Assembly (NCBI GenBank): GCA_965649765.1
Contig: OZ287753.1
Span: 23,312,001 to 23,376,000, forward strand
Direction of reading: 5' to 3'
Length of the DNA: 64,000 nucleotides
DNA from: Bispira polyomma
Lineage: Eukaryota
Shown here: positions 39,126 through 51,973 of the stretch, in pieces
Numbering within the stretch: the stretch's first letter is position 1
Layout of the letters: each line of letters starts with the position of its first letter
Translations under genes and position numbers: made by a program
Notes under the pieces: model-generated
What the model saw: the letters and a program-made list of their open reading frames with translations, nothing else
What the model was told of the DNA's origin: nothing
The model's database searches: none

Positions 39126-40619
39126 CACTGCTCAAAAAAATTAAGGGATTGAAGTACAGGAATTAATTTGTCTCTGTTTGTTTCTTGCTCTGTTAGGATA
39201 AAATTGGATAAAAACAATAAAACAATAGTAAAATGGCAATGTGTTATTATGAGTATCCATATTAACTATACAAAAATGGGTCAAAAGACAAAAAGTATTG
39301 TGAATGTGACCTCCACCAGCATTGATGCATTTCCTGACAACAACTAGGAATGCTAATTGTGAGGTGCAAGATAAGTTTTTGTGGTAATGCCTGCAATTCC
39401 TAAAGGAGAGTCTCTCACAGTTTCTGTATAATCTGAGGCAGGTTATATGCTGAGCGTACCTGGCTGCCTAGTAAGTCGCATGACGTCTTAAATGGATTCA
39501 GATCTAGAGATCTTGCGGGCCAGTCCATTACATCTAGACCCTAATATCCCAGATATGCCATTGACAGCTGTGCAGTGTGTGGCCGGGTGTTATCCTGTTT
39601 GCAAAATTAAATCTGCCACGATAGCTCCAACACTAGGTCTAACCACTTGCTTAAGAATTTCATTTCTGTGCCTTAAAGCGGTCAAACTTCCTCCCAAGCA
39701 ATAATAAGTCTGTACATTCATCAATGCATATTTGTGTCCAGACAATTATTGAGCTTCCTCCTAAAACAAGAGAGTGCCATTCAATGAAATTGCACTGTAC
39801 AAATCTCGCACCCTGTCTTCTCCACACTCGAACACAATTATCGCAAGTGAAAATGTGGTATCTGCTTTTATCTGTGAACAGTTAGTGCAGTCCTGCAGTG
39901 TCTAAACAGCAATCAACATGATTATGAGAAAACTGGAATCTCATCACACAATGCTGTGCAGATAAAATGGAACCAGTAACAGGATGACGCGACCTTTTAA
40001 TCCTTTATCATACAACAAGTTGATAATGGTTTTTATTATTTACATATACCTCTGTAGCCAGGTCAACTGAATTTGGAGTACACAAGCAGTGGTTTTGTTG
40101 CTGGGATGCGCAAGAATTACTATATAGCGATCATTTTGTAGTTTTTTGGTATAATAGCAACCTTTTCCTTGGTGTCTAGAGTAAGAACCAGTATTGGTAG
40201 ACATTGAGCCACTCCCATTCTGATAGCCACTGCCCTCGATGTAATGCCTTGCCCCAGCATTTAAACAACTCTAAAAACTGCTGGTTTAATAAGTTGTCAC
40301 AATCTTAGTTGCTGCTGGGCCAGATGATCGCCTGATATTATAAGTCGGACACCCTTTAGTTTGCCGGGTCATTTGCTTCCAACCAATCAGAATATAATCA
40401 ACATAAAAATGTCTAATCGAAACCCTCTATGGTGGGGAGGTGGGATGAGGGGTGTTATGTGTACTTAAATGGCCATAAATTATTTGATTTAATCTGATCT
40501 TAAATTGCATGTTTCTGTGGTCATAATGGTCATCATTTTTGTATTTTGGGATTTCAATGATTTAGTATGACATAAGAGAGCCATTACCAAATCTTGCTTC
40601 CTTATTTTTTGGAGTAGTG
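39126..40619 (-). mobile_element. Decayed Tc1 transposon, copy A
   Basis: TA-flanked TIRs CACTGCTCAAAAAAATTAAGGGA / TTCCTTATTTTTTGGAGTAGTG; minus-strand remnants FTDKSRY and WPARSLDLNPF (the Tc1 FSDES and WPAxSPDLNPIE motifs). Confidence 0.88.
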
Positions 40620-41489
40620 TAGTTTTATATAAAGTATTTTGTCACTTTCAAAGGTAATTTTTTAAATAATTAATACAGGTACATGTAAACTCATAACAAC
40701 ACTTATATATTGTGTACACTGATATGATCTTTTAATGGATATTAGCAAATTTAATTTTAAATAAAAGGTATATATCAGGAAAATCTACTGACTGTACTTT
40801 GATTCAGGCAAGTATTAAGTTTTGGTCATATTGTGATAACCAATTTTGTACTTACAATCACTACCTTACAATCAATACCTAACAAAGAGGTGAGAGCCAA
40901 TTTGTGAAATTAAAGCAGACGCCATTGTGTCACATAAGTATTTCATGAGCATTTACATTAGATGATTTATGTAATAATAACATCTTGGTTTGTGTTACTG
41001 AGTGTTCATGGCTGCTTTCATTTTATTCCGTATTTTAGATTCCCTTTTCAGATTTATACTTGCATATACAATATACTTGTATTCAGAGTGCTAATTAACC
41101 TTTTCCTGACCGTAACAGTAAATAACACTATAACTGTATCAGTTACTGTCATTCTCCTAACTAAAGAGAGAGGCTTTAGATTGACCATTTATTGACATCT
41201 TAAGGATCTTTAGCCTGCCACTGGGATAAAACCCAGTGATAGAGGACCACCATTTTAAGTGGTCATCCGAGCCACTATAGACAAACATAGACAAACATGT
41301 CAAACTTGCCCAAAGATGATATCTCACCATTGTCATTTATTACAATCTGGCATATATTTTAAGAAAATCAAGAAACTATGTGCATTACTTAATAAGCTAT
41401 ATGGCCTGTATCTAATTCTAAATACCCTTCTGTCATACTGAATAGCCATTATTGACAAACGCAGCATTGTAACTTCACCTACTACAACA

Positions 41490-44400
41490 ATGGAGGGATT
41501 TGAGGAGAATTGTACAATGCATGGTATCAAACAAAGCTGTTCCAAACAAGTAGGCCAAACCAGGAAGGTAGTGTGGATTATTATTGTAACTGGCATGGTG
41601 TTTGGAATGGGTGGATTGGTGATTCAGACACTCGTTAATTATTTCAAGTAAGTTCACATTTATAGTATAATGTATAAAGAAAAACATTGCTCATATAACT
41701 TTACTAATTTGGCCAGTGTTTTATTGCAATAACTATTTTTTATGATGGACTTTTCCAGATTTTAACATCCACATGATTAAAAGTCAATATTTTAGCTTCA
41801 GAGATTAGATATCATCACCAGTATTAGATCATTGTCTTGTGTTAACTTAATAAATAGAACAAGTGACTGTGTAAATCCTTTTTTACATAATATGCAAACT
41901 TCAAAAGACCAGGTACAAAAAGGTCATACAATTTCTAAAATGTTGGAACATTCTGCATATCAATGAAATGCTTAAAATCTGAAATTTGTCTTGATGTATA
42001 TTATATAACAAATAGAAACCATTGATACATTTTTTAAAACAGATTCTATTTCAGCTGCCAGTGCATGTTTCCCAAATATCTAAAATTATTCATTGTGCCA
42101 ATTTTCTCAATTTTGCAGAACTTTTAGCTTTTTTGTTATCCACATAATGTATCACACAAATTAAAACAAGATATTTGAGAAACAAAAATTAATGTAAAAC
42201 GGGACCAGTTCTTTTCAAATATTGATTTAACCCCATTTAATATCTGACCATTCTATGAATTTTATCCTAGTAAACTTATTTATGTTTATGCCCAGTTCTG
42301 TTGGTTGGTTGCTTACAAGAATTACACAAAATGTTACTAAACCGATTTAGATGAAACTTGGTGGAGGAATTGGTCATGGACCACAGAATGAAGAATTCAT
42401 TGGATTTTGAGGCAGCTATGGTGTTATGGGCAGAACCAAAAACGTTTTTTTTTACTTTTTGGCACCGTGATATATTGGCAGAGGTATGAGCTTTACCGAG
42501 TGCAAATTAAGTAATGTTAAAATGTTCAAGTCAATGATGTTTGAACATCTAGAAATTACAAAAATGTCTTGATGCTTTATGAATCCATATAAAATTTTTA
42601 AATCAAACATAACCATTCTAAATGAATACAAAATTGTATTTGTAAGCTAGTGCAAGTGGCAGTGGTGGTTTTATACAGTAACAGTTTCATCATTTTTTCA
42701 TGGCAGCATACAGCAGATGACTTGCATCCTACTACTGAATTTTGGATGAAAAGGGATAGTCTCAAAATATAGGAATATTTCAGGCACCCTCGGAATCATG
42801 GTTAGGGTCCATGTAAATACTTGGAAGTAGGCAGGGCGGTTGGTAGAAAACTATCTTGTGTACTGGAGGATTATCTGGTCCCACATCCACATGCGTATTT
42901 TAAAATGTTCTCAGCAACGGATGACCTTTTTTTATTTGTTGGCTGTAATTTTTACATTGATTATCTGTAAGCATAATAAGAAGAAAAAGGTGAGTTCCCC
43001 AACAGTAACAGATATAATGTAAAACCCAATTTAATCCTATTTTAAAAGCAATTGACAAGAACATCAAAATCACTGGTTATATCTATATTTGTTAGCCATT
43101 TACTTTGATATAACCATAATGGGGGCTGTCAAGTTGGTATTTGTATTTTCAATCTATAATTTCGGTATTAAGTAATAGAGACTGGCAGAGACCAAATCAA
43201 CATTCCATAAAACTACTTCATGGCACAACGAATTTGTACAGGTTTACAATGCCATTGTTAAAGCAAAAAATGGGACGTATTTTGAACTATAACCTCTGAA
43301 ACATTTTTGTCCATGTGGTATATATATCTGAATCAGATGTTACATATTTGTCTGATCATGTGTATGTAAACCAATTCTGTCACAGAAATAAAATCTGTAA
43401 AATGTGCAAAGGCTAGAGTATTAGGTTACCTTCTTAATACAAGGCCTTAGCAAATGCAGTTTATAATAGAATAAATTTGTAATAAATATATATAATATTT
43501 GTAATACTTATTTCCAGGTATGACTCCTACACCACTTCACAAAAGATCTGGAATGACACATTGGAACTCCCTGGTATAACCATCTGCAACTTTAACAAAG
43601 TGTCCAGAGCCAACTATGATGTTCTTACGCAGCAACTCTACTTTGTCTATGGCCAGGCAAATCAAACAGAGGCAATTGCAGAGCTTTGGAAGCAGACCAA
43701 TGGCACTCCAATGATACTGGAGCCTTACTTTACTATTGATAACTCTGTAGGACAACCCATTGACAGACTATTGGCTTGGTGTATGTTCTCAAAGAAACCT
43801 TTCACATGTATGGATTATTTTACTCCAGTGATCACAGACGGGGGACTTTGTGCATCATTTAATGCCAAACCTCACAGGAATTCTTTGAAAACATTGTTAG
43901 TCCAACAGCCAGGTTATTATTATTATTATTATATTTATTACTTAGCGTGCATATAAATATAAGGGTTTTACTGTTCATATACTCTTGTTTTCCCACAAAA
44001 GCTACAAAAGAGTAGCTTCATAATGCTCGTGATATGTGGTGACTATGTTAAATTGGCATCCAGTAGCACCATATTTTACTTGAATGTACATTTAATTTTT
44101 TAAGGTATATAGCACGATAGTTTTGCTGAAAAGATTTATTCAAGGCTTCATTCATTTTTAAAAGTATTCTTTATTGATGTTTTCCCCAAGAACGGTTATT
44201 TGTTAACAACAAATTTCATGACTAAGTCAAGAAATACAACATATTCCCTTTACATGCTATAATAATTAAGTGTTATCTTATTTTCTGATGGAACAGGAAG
44301 CGATTTTTCTCTGCAACTTGTGTTAGATCTACACAATGAAGATGCCTTGAGACTACATCAAACAGACAAAACACTTGGAACCGGAGTAGAAGTGTTAATT

Positions 44401-45075
44401 CATCATCCAAGCAACTTCCCGTTTATGGCCAGCAATCCACTTCAGCTTTCTCCTGGGCATCAGCATTTTATTGCAGTTCAGTCATCTCATGTCCATCGCC
44501 TGTCTGAACCCTATGCCACAAGCCCATGCAATTCCGAAAAGTACTATGACTTTAATGAATGTGTTTATTATTGTCAGTTGAATACTCAGTTTGCCCAGTG
44601 TGATTGTAATGTACACAGTTCTCAACTCGATAATACCTGCTCATATTATAATGGAATAATGGATTGTTATGACATTGATATTAAGGACTACTATGAAGCG
44701 AGCTGTAACTGCAGTCCGGCATGTTCATCTTATAAGTATAGTTTCAGGCATAGTTCTATTAGTTTGCCATCTATGGCAACCATTGATGACTTTGTCAGAA
44801 TAACAGGCATAAACAGAACAGATTTGCAAGATATTCAAGAAAACATTGTTCATTTACAAATTTATTTTGAATCAATGGAATACCATGTTATTACAGAAAC
44901 TCCTGCAGTTAAGATATATGACTTAATTGGTAACATTGGGGGGCTTCTCGGTTTTTTTCTGGGAGCTAGCTTGATAACTCTCCTAGAATTGTGTGAACAA
45001 AGTTTTATTTGTTCTTACAAAACAGCACTTAAGAAGAAAACTGTCACAAAAGTGACTGTAATGCCTCAAAACTAG
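41490..45075 (+). CDS. DEG/ENaC (ASIC/degenerin superfamily) sodium channel subunit, paralog A; exons 41490-41647, 43518-43912, 44297-45075; 443 aa
   Basis: Spliced GT-AG exons stay in frame (158+395+779 = 1332 nt). N-terminal FEENCTMHG (HG motif), TM1 VVWIIIVTGMVFGMGGLVIQ, LPGITICNFN, TDGGLCASFN, Cys-rich thumb, and TM2 GNIGGLLGFFLGASLITLLE with the GAS filter. Confidence 0.93.
41983..42880 (+). repeat. ~0.9-kb duplicate of 37107-38000 inside intron 1 of paralog A
   Basis: AAATTTGTCTTGATGTATATTATATAACAAAT...TGGAGG(G/A)TTATCTGG is collinear in both places and absent from intron 1 of paralog B. Confidence 0.85.
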
Positions 45076-45324
45076 CAAGTATACAAACTTATGAAAGATG
45101 AGACATTTATTGAGGCACCTTGCAAAATTAATGTTTATACTTCAATGCAAATCAAACTGATAGTAGACATGATCTTTCTTATACAGTTAAAATGATTTAC
45201 AAAAATATTTCAGAACTGATGTTTAGATTTATTTCTTAATAACCAATGTGGTATTTATTTACCTGCCTCTTGTTGTATGCTCTCAGATAATACAAAATAT
45301 ACACCAATAAATAAATGCACTTTT

Positions 45325-46820
45325 CATTGACCTCGCCCCAGGAAGGAAGTGGGAGCGTGCACGAGGGAGGCTAATGTGGGTAGGCATGATTGAAAAGATA
45401 GGTTTTAAGCTTTTTCCTAAAACCGATAAGTGTGTCAATTGATGTGAGGTCGACTGGAAGACCGTTCCATAACCGTGGAGCTGTAGTGGAGAACGCTCTG
45501 AATCCCGCCTTTCTGATTGGTCTGACCAAAGTGACGGAGAGTCTGTTGCCTCTCTTGCGGTTACTGAAGGAAAGAAGGGAGGCAAGGTAGAGGGCTGTTG
45601 AGTGACTACAGCCTTAAAAGTAGTGAGGTCAATCTTGAACAAAAGGCGAGAGTTAATAGGCAGTCAGTGTAATTTTTTGAAGTAAGAAGTGACGTCTGTG
45701 CGATAACCCAGGCTAAAAATTACCCTCCATAGGTAGTTTTGGATGGACTGGAGCTTTTAAATGTGTGACTTGTTTGCTCCGTACAAGAGAGAATTGCAGT
45801 AGTCGAGGTGGCTACTCACAAGGGCATTTGGCACAGTTATCGCTGTATCCATGGACAAGTTGTTTCTGATTCTTTTGATGTTGTGTATGTGGCAGGAGCG
45901 ATAGATGTTGGCAATATGAGTATCGAACGAAAAAGCTGAATCAAAAGTGACACCCAGGTTTTTGGCATTTTCGGAAAGTAGTCTTTTCCCAGCAGGGAGA
46001 TGGGAAGCAAAGATTTTAGGAGTTTACTGTTTTTCTTGTTTCCTAAGGATGAATTCTGTTTTGTCAGGGTTAAGTTTTAGTTTGGAGTAGTTCATCCATG
46101 CCTGGACATCAGACAGACAGTCTGCAAGTAGGTCTATGTTTGTATTTGCATTTTGTGGATTGAGAGAGAGACAGACTTGAGTGTCATCTGCATGCATGTG
46201 GTCTTTTATACTGTGTTTATTGATGACAGTGCTGAGAGGATGTGTATAAAGGGTAAAAAGTAGAGGGCCAAGGACGGATCCCTGGGGTACTCCATATGGT
46301 AGCTTTATGGAAGATCATAGGTGATCATCTAATTTAATTCTTTGTGCCTTAAGAATAAGGTAGGATCTGATCCATTTAAGGACACTGCCATTTATACCAA
46401 ACCACTGCTTGAGAGTGTCGCAGAGCAGGAAATGATCAATAGTGTCAAATGGAGCTGAGAGATCCAGAAGGGTGAGGGTCACTGTGTCGTTGCGGTCCAG
46501 TGCAAGATTGATGTCATTGCTGATGGAAAAAAGGGCAGTGAAATTTTCTATAGGTAGACTGGTGGCGATTTTCAATGTTTTGTCTATTAAGGTGGTCAGA
46601 AATTTGTTGTGCTACAGCTTTCTCGATGACTTTTGAGACGAAGCTGACGTTTGACACCGGTTTGTAGTTTTTGAGCTGGTTTTTATCGAGCTCTTGTTTT
46701 CTAATCAAGGGAGTTACATTTGCCGTTTTGAAACAGGTGGGAAAAACACCATCCCGAAGAGAAAATTTTAATATGTTTGTTATGGGTGTGACTAGAATGT
46801 CAAGACATTGATTTATAATA
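45325..46820 (-). mobile_element. 5'-truncated L2/CR1 LINE (RT half), a second family
   Basis: [40 protein letters not shown] and HADDTQ; the 3' end matches the fragments at 51157 and 59930. Confidence 0.9.
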
Positions 46821-46973
46821 ACTGCTGTATGACCTAATTTGCAAACAGCGAACACCACTCGGCAACAGAAGCTACACTGACTCCAAGATCGGGATGTTTA
46901 CGAAATATGATGACGTCATCACATGTCATCAACACAAAAATGGCAATAAGTAAATATCTCCAATGTAATATAT

Positions 46974-47109
46974 GGAGTATATCAGCCAGAAACGGCCTAT
47001 TTTATGGCTATGGAAATAGTGTGTATATTTAACATAATAACCCTAACTTCATATTTTGAAGTAAAATACACCTTGCAATAAAATGAGCCGTTATTGGCTG
47101 ATATACTCC
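46974..47109. mobile_element. Short MITE/foldback
   Basis: GGAGTATATCAGCCAGAAACGGC and its inverse GCCGTTATTGGCTGATATACTCC. Confidence 0.6.
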
Positions 47110-49161
47110 GAAAATAGTCTGTTCACAATTGATGTAGGCTAGGCAAGCCTGATAAGGTAGGTTATCAATTAAACCTATTATCCTTCGAAGCTTTAATAAA
47201 TTAACCCCACAAAGCTCAATATATAAGAAATAATTCTAGTTAACGATGACTGAAGTAGATATATCTTGATACTGCTTACAAATAAACAGAGTTGCAAATG
47301 TTTAACAAAAATAAATAATCACAAAAGAAAAGAAAAGCTGAGCAATTATAGTTTCCAAAATTACCATACAAGTTTGATGATAATGAAATATACAATGGTA
47401 ACTTGAAATCACAATGCATTATTACTTGAGCAGGCAGTATTTTATTCATACAAATTTGCTTTCCTTCTTGTTTGTAATTGTAATTTAGTTGATAAATATT
47501 TCGATTTATTTATTTTTTTATTTATTGTATTTGAAAGCCAGAATTTAAAAATAGCTTTCAATAAAGATAACGATTCTAAAGAAATTAAAAATTATATTTA
47601 ACAAATTGATGTTTCCATTTGGTTTGCCATCTGATACAGATAAATATATGCTCCGCAGGCTATTAGAACTACCTATGTCCACTGTACATTATACATTTAC
47701 ACAAAACCAGAACTGATGTCTTTTTTAGCTGACACAAGTGGCAGTGGTTTTCTTATACTGAAACAGTTTCATCATTTTTGCATGATTGCATACAGAGATA
47801 GTCTTAAAATATAGGAATATTTCAGGGACCCTCATAATTATGGTTAGGGTCCATCTAATTACTTGGAAGGAGGTGGGGTGGTTGGTAGAAATTCAGACTG
47901 TGTACTGGAGGGTTATCTGGCCTTATATGGTTATCTTCGTCTTGTATGGTTATCATTACCTTATATGGTTATCTTGAAAGTTCAAAGTTATGGTTATAAG
48001 TAAAGTAAGTAATATTGTGACCTTATATGGTTATCTTGACCTTATATGGTTATCTTGGCATGCCATATGTGGTAGCTTGAACAAGATAAGTAAAGTAATT
48101 AATACCAGAGTAAACTTTGCCATGGATGTACCAGTCCCATATTGTATAGTACATTATAAGTACTGGCTCACTGGCTATTTTAAAAGTAAGAGCATTTTAA
48201 AAATAACCCTAGATTGCGTCAGCTGTCTTAATACAGTTTTTGTGAATGATTTTAGGTTTCCTCCTTTTGGCCGTAGGCTTAGAGCTAACACGGTTGCTAG
48301 GTCACAAAAAGTACAAAACACCAACACATAAAACTGGGTTATTTAAGCATGGTATGTCAATCAAATTCACTAACATCTCATTAAAAATATGTACATCTCG
48401 TTTAAAAATGATTTAAGGAAACATGTAAATACCTGATATGACAACTTCATCAATGTTTCACTATAAGCTTTAAAATGCTACAAAATACAGACGTGACGTG
48501 GTGTAAGTTAATGGTTCTTTTTTATATATATTACTACTACCTGTATTTGAATGGCCATGTACTAGTCGAGGCAACATTAGATCACTTCTATTATTTTAGC
48601 TTGTGTTAATGGTCTACTGTTATAACATCAAATAATTGCAAAGGGAAATGGCTAATTTCTTAATGGTTATGTCATGTTACTGCTTTGATAATGCTTAATG
48701 GTACAGCAGAAAATGGTCATATTTGTATTTTAGATAAACACTGGTATAAAAAAAGCTTTGTTCTTCCTGTCAACTTCCAAGATGTAAAGTAAATGTAAAC
48801 AACTAAAACTGATTTTTTACGCCACATTAACACCAGTGCAATGCAATATTCTGCTTCCCCATCACAGCTGAGTTTAATGTGAAAAGCGTTAGATAATTTT
48901 TTTGACATAAATACACTGCTATGGTTAACTCAAATAGTGAAACTAAATTGTAAATTGTATTTGAAAAATTGGCTAAATCATATGTAAGGGAAACTAGTAA
49001 CTAACTTGTAATGTTTTTCTATCACAAAATTTGTTGAGGAAAATCACTCTGTGGAGGAAGGTAAATAATACAAGATGTAAGCTTCACTAATTCAAAATCA
49101 AACTTGTTTCAGTGATATTGAACCATGTTTTTAGCGAACAAATATGCCAATCCTAAAACTA

Positions 49162-51067
49162 CACTGCTCAAAAAATTAAGGGATCAACAGTTTGGGAATT
49201 AATTTGTTTCTGTTTGTTTCTTGTCCGGTCAGAATAAAATTGGATGAAAAAACAACCACAAACAAATAGTAAAATGACTGTGTTATTGTGAGTATCCATA
49301 ATACCTATACAAAAATGGGTCAAAATAAAAAAAAATATTGTCTTTAGTAGTGAGTGTGACCTCCACCAGCATTAATGCATTTCCTGACAACAACTAAGAA
49401 TGCTCATTATGAGGTGTCAGATAAGTGCTTGTGGTAATGCCTGCCATTCCTGAAGGAAGGCCTCCCACAGTTTCTGTATAGTCTGAGGTAGGTTATATAG
49501 TGGGAGAATCGTTCTGCCATGTAAATCCCATATGTGCTCAATTGGATTCAGATCTGCAGATTTTCATGACCAGTCCATTACATCTTTACCCTCATTCTAC
49601 AGATATGCCATTGACAGCTGTGCAGTGTGTGGCCGGGTTATATCCTGGTTGCAAAATGAAATCTTTCCCAATAGCTCCAGCAAAAGGTCTAACCACTTGC
49701 TCAAGAATTTCATTTCTGTGCCTCAAAGCGGTCAAAATAAGTCAAGCATAAACAAGTCTGTAGATCCATCAAAGTATATTCGTGCCCAGACAATCATTGA
49801 GATTCCTCTGAAAGAGTGCCTTTCAATAAAGTTATACTACACATATCTTGCACCCTGTCTTCTCCACACTCGAAAACGATTATCACAAGTGGAAATGTAG
49901 AATCTGCTTTTATTTGTGAACAGGGCAGTCCTGCAGTGTCTAAACAGGCAAACTGGAATCTCATCACACGATGCTGTGCAGCTAAAATGGAAACAGTAAC
50001 AGGATGACACAACCTTCACCCTTTGTCATACAACAAGTTTATAATGACTTGATCACTGACATGTACCCAGGTGAAACTGAATTTGGAGCACACTGGCAGT
50101 GGTTCTCTATCTGCAAGTTGCAAGAATTGATAAATAGCGTTCATCTTATTGATTTTAGGTATGATGGCGACCTTGTCATTGGTGTCTAGAGTAAGTGTAG
50201 AACTTACCGAAAGACTCCATGTGGGGATACTTTTAGAAACACTGTACCAAGTTTAACTTTTATTCACAAAAACCATTTTATTTCATTCAGCACCTATTTT
50301 CCATTAATTCTGTCCACCAGGTTCTAAAATTTTGCCATTCTCCCACATTTCTGAAAGTTGGAGTTACATATATACCCAGTCTTTTCCCACAGTCTTATCT
50401 TCAAATGCCCTTGTCCNNNNNNNNNNNNNNNNNNNNNNNNNNNNNNNNNNNNNNNNNNNNNNNNNNNNNNNNNNNNNNNNNNNNNNNNNNNNNNNNNNNN
50501 NNNNNNNNNNNNNNNNNNNNNNNNNNNNNNNNNNNNNNNNNNNNNNNNNNNNNNNNNNNNNNNNNNNNNNNTACTTCAAACCTGTCACTCTGTAATTTCC
50601 TGAGAAATCATATTTTCCACGGTAAGCATCAGTATTGGTAGACCTTGTTTATACCACAGGAGGTTAACATTGAATCACTCCCATTTTGTTAGCCACTGCC
50701 CTCAGTGTCATGCCCTGCTCCAGCATTTCAACTATTTCAACTGCATTTCTATTATGAAACAAACAACATCTACAGACAGAAATTGTGGCTGGACATGATT
50801 AATCGCCTGATATTATAAATCTGACACCCATAAGTTTTGCTGTGTCATTTGCTTTCAACCAATCCAGGAAGATGTTCTATATTTCCAACATGAGGGGTGC
50901 TATGTATACTTAAGTGGCCACAAATTATTTGATTTAATCTTGTCTCTAGTTACATGTTTCTGTGAACATAATGGTCATCATTTTTTAATTTTAGGATTTT
51001 AATGATCTGTTATGATGACATAAGAGAGCCATTATCAAATATTGCTTCCTTATTTTTTGGAGCAGTG
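49162..51067 (-). mobile_element. Decayed Tc1 transposon, copy B (duplicate of 39126-40619)
   Basis: Same TA-flanked TIRs at the equivalent position in the duplication; FTNKSRF and SADLNPIEHIWD motifs; interrupted by an insertion at 50196-50621. Confidence 0.88.
50196..50621. mobile_element. Probable solo LTR inserted in Tc1 copy B (spans the N gap)
   Basis: Flanked by a 5-bp direct repeat GTAAG (50191-95, 50622-26) that is single in copy A; ends TGTAGAA...TTCCACG (degenerate TG..CA inverted ends). Confidence 0.6.
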
Positions 51068-51156
51068 TATTTTAATGCAAAGTATGTGGTCTCTTTCAAA
51101 GGTAATTTTTTAAATTATTAATACAGTTACATGTAAGCTCATACCAACACCTATAT

Positions 51157-51665
51157 ATTGTCTATCTTAGAGCACAAAAAATTAAATTGTCGCACAGATG
51201 TCATGCCTTACCTGAAAAAATTATACTGGCTACTCATTCACTCTTGTATTTTGTTCAATATTCATATTACCACTTTTAAGGCTCTAGTTACTAAACAGCC
51301 CTCCTACCTTGTTTCTCTTCTCTCCTTCAGTAACCGTAAGAGAGGCAACAGACTCTCTATTTCTTCGGTCAGACCCATCAGGAAGGCGGGATGCAGAGCA
51401 TTCTTTATTGCAGCTCCTTTGTTGTGGAACAAGCTCCCAGTTGATCTCAGATCAGTTGATACGCTTATCGCTTTTAGGAAAAAGCTTAAAACCTATCTTT
51501 TTAACCGTGCCTACCCACCTTAGCTTACACGCTCCCACCTCTTTCCTTACGACTTTGCCTTGCCCATGGACTTCACGATTGAATTATTGATTCTACTATT
51601 GCACTTTAAAATATGCCTATCGTCAATAAAGCGCGTTAAAAATTCATATAATATAATATAATATT
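51157..51665 (+). mobile_element. L2/CR1 LINE 3' fragment with (ATAAT)n tail
   Basis: ORF 51158-51523 reads LKKLYWL...RAFFIAAPLLWNKLP...FRKKLKTYLF; it is absent at the equivalent site in copy A (~40710). Confidence 0.88.
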
Positions 51666-51973
51666 GTATACTGATGTGACATTTTAATGGATATTAGCAA
51701 ATTTAATTTTTAAGATATAAATCAAGATAATCTACAAACTGTACTTGGATTCAGGAATTTGTGATATTGAAGCAGATGCCCTCCTAGTACCCAAGTATTC
51801 CATGAGAATGTACATTTACCTTCATCTGGTATTGTATTCAGAGTGCTAATGTACATTTCCTGACTGTGGGCAAACGAGTGTACAAATCTTGCCCATGGAT
51901 GATATCTTACCATTGTCATTTATTACATCGACAATTGGTCATATGTACAATACTTAATAACCTACCTAGCCTA

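Noticed and set aside
43537-43755. Antisense ORFs over the DEG/ENaC exons (also 41333-41687, 53631-53931, 54567-54785)
   Set aside because: Shadow ORFs of the real + strand exons.
43913-43956. Poly-Tyr C-terminus (GYYYYYYIYY) in the ORF track
   Set aside because: Read-through into the (TAT)n run of intron 2, past the splice donor at 43912/43913.
50332-50641. ORFs spanning the N run
   Set aside because: Artefacts of the assembly gap.
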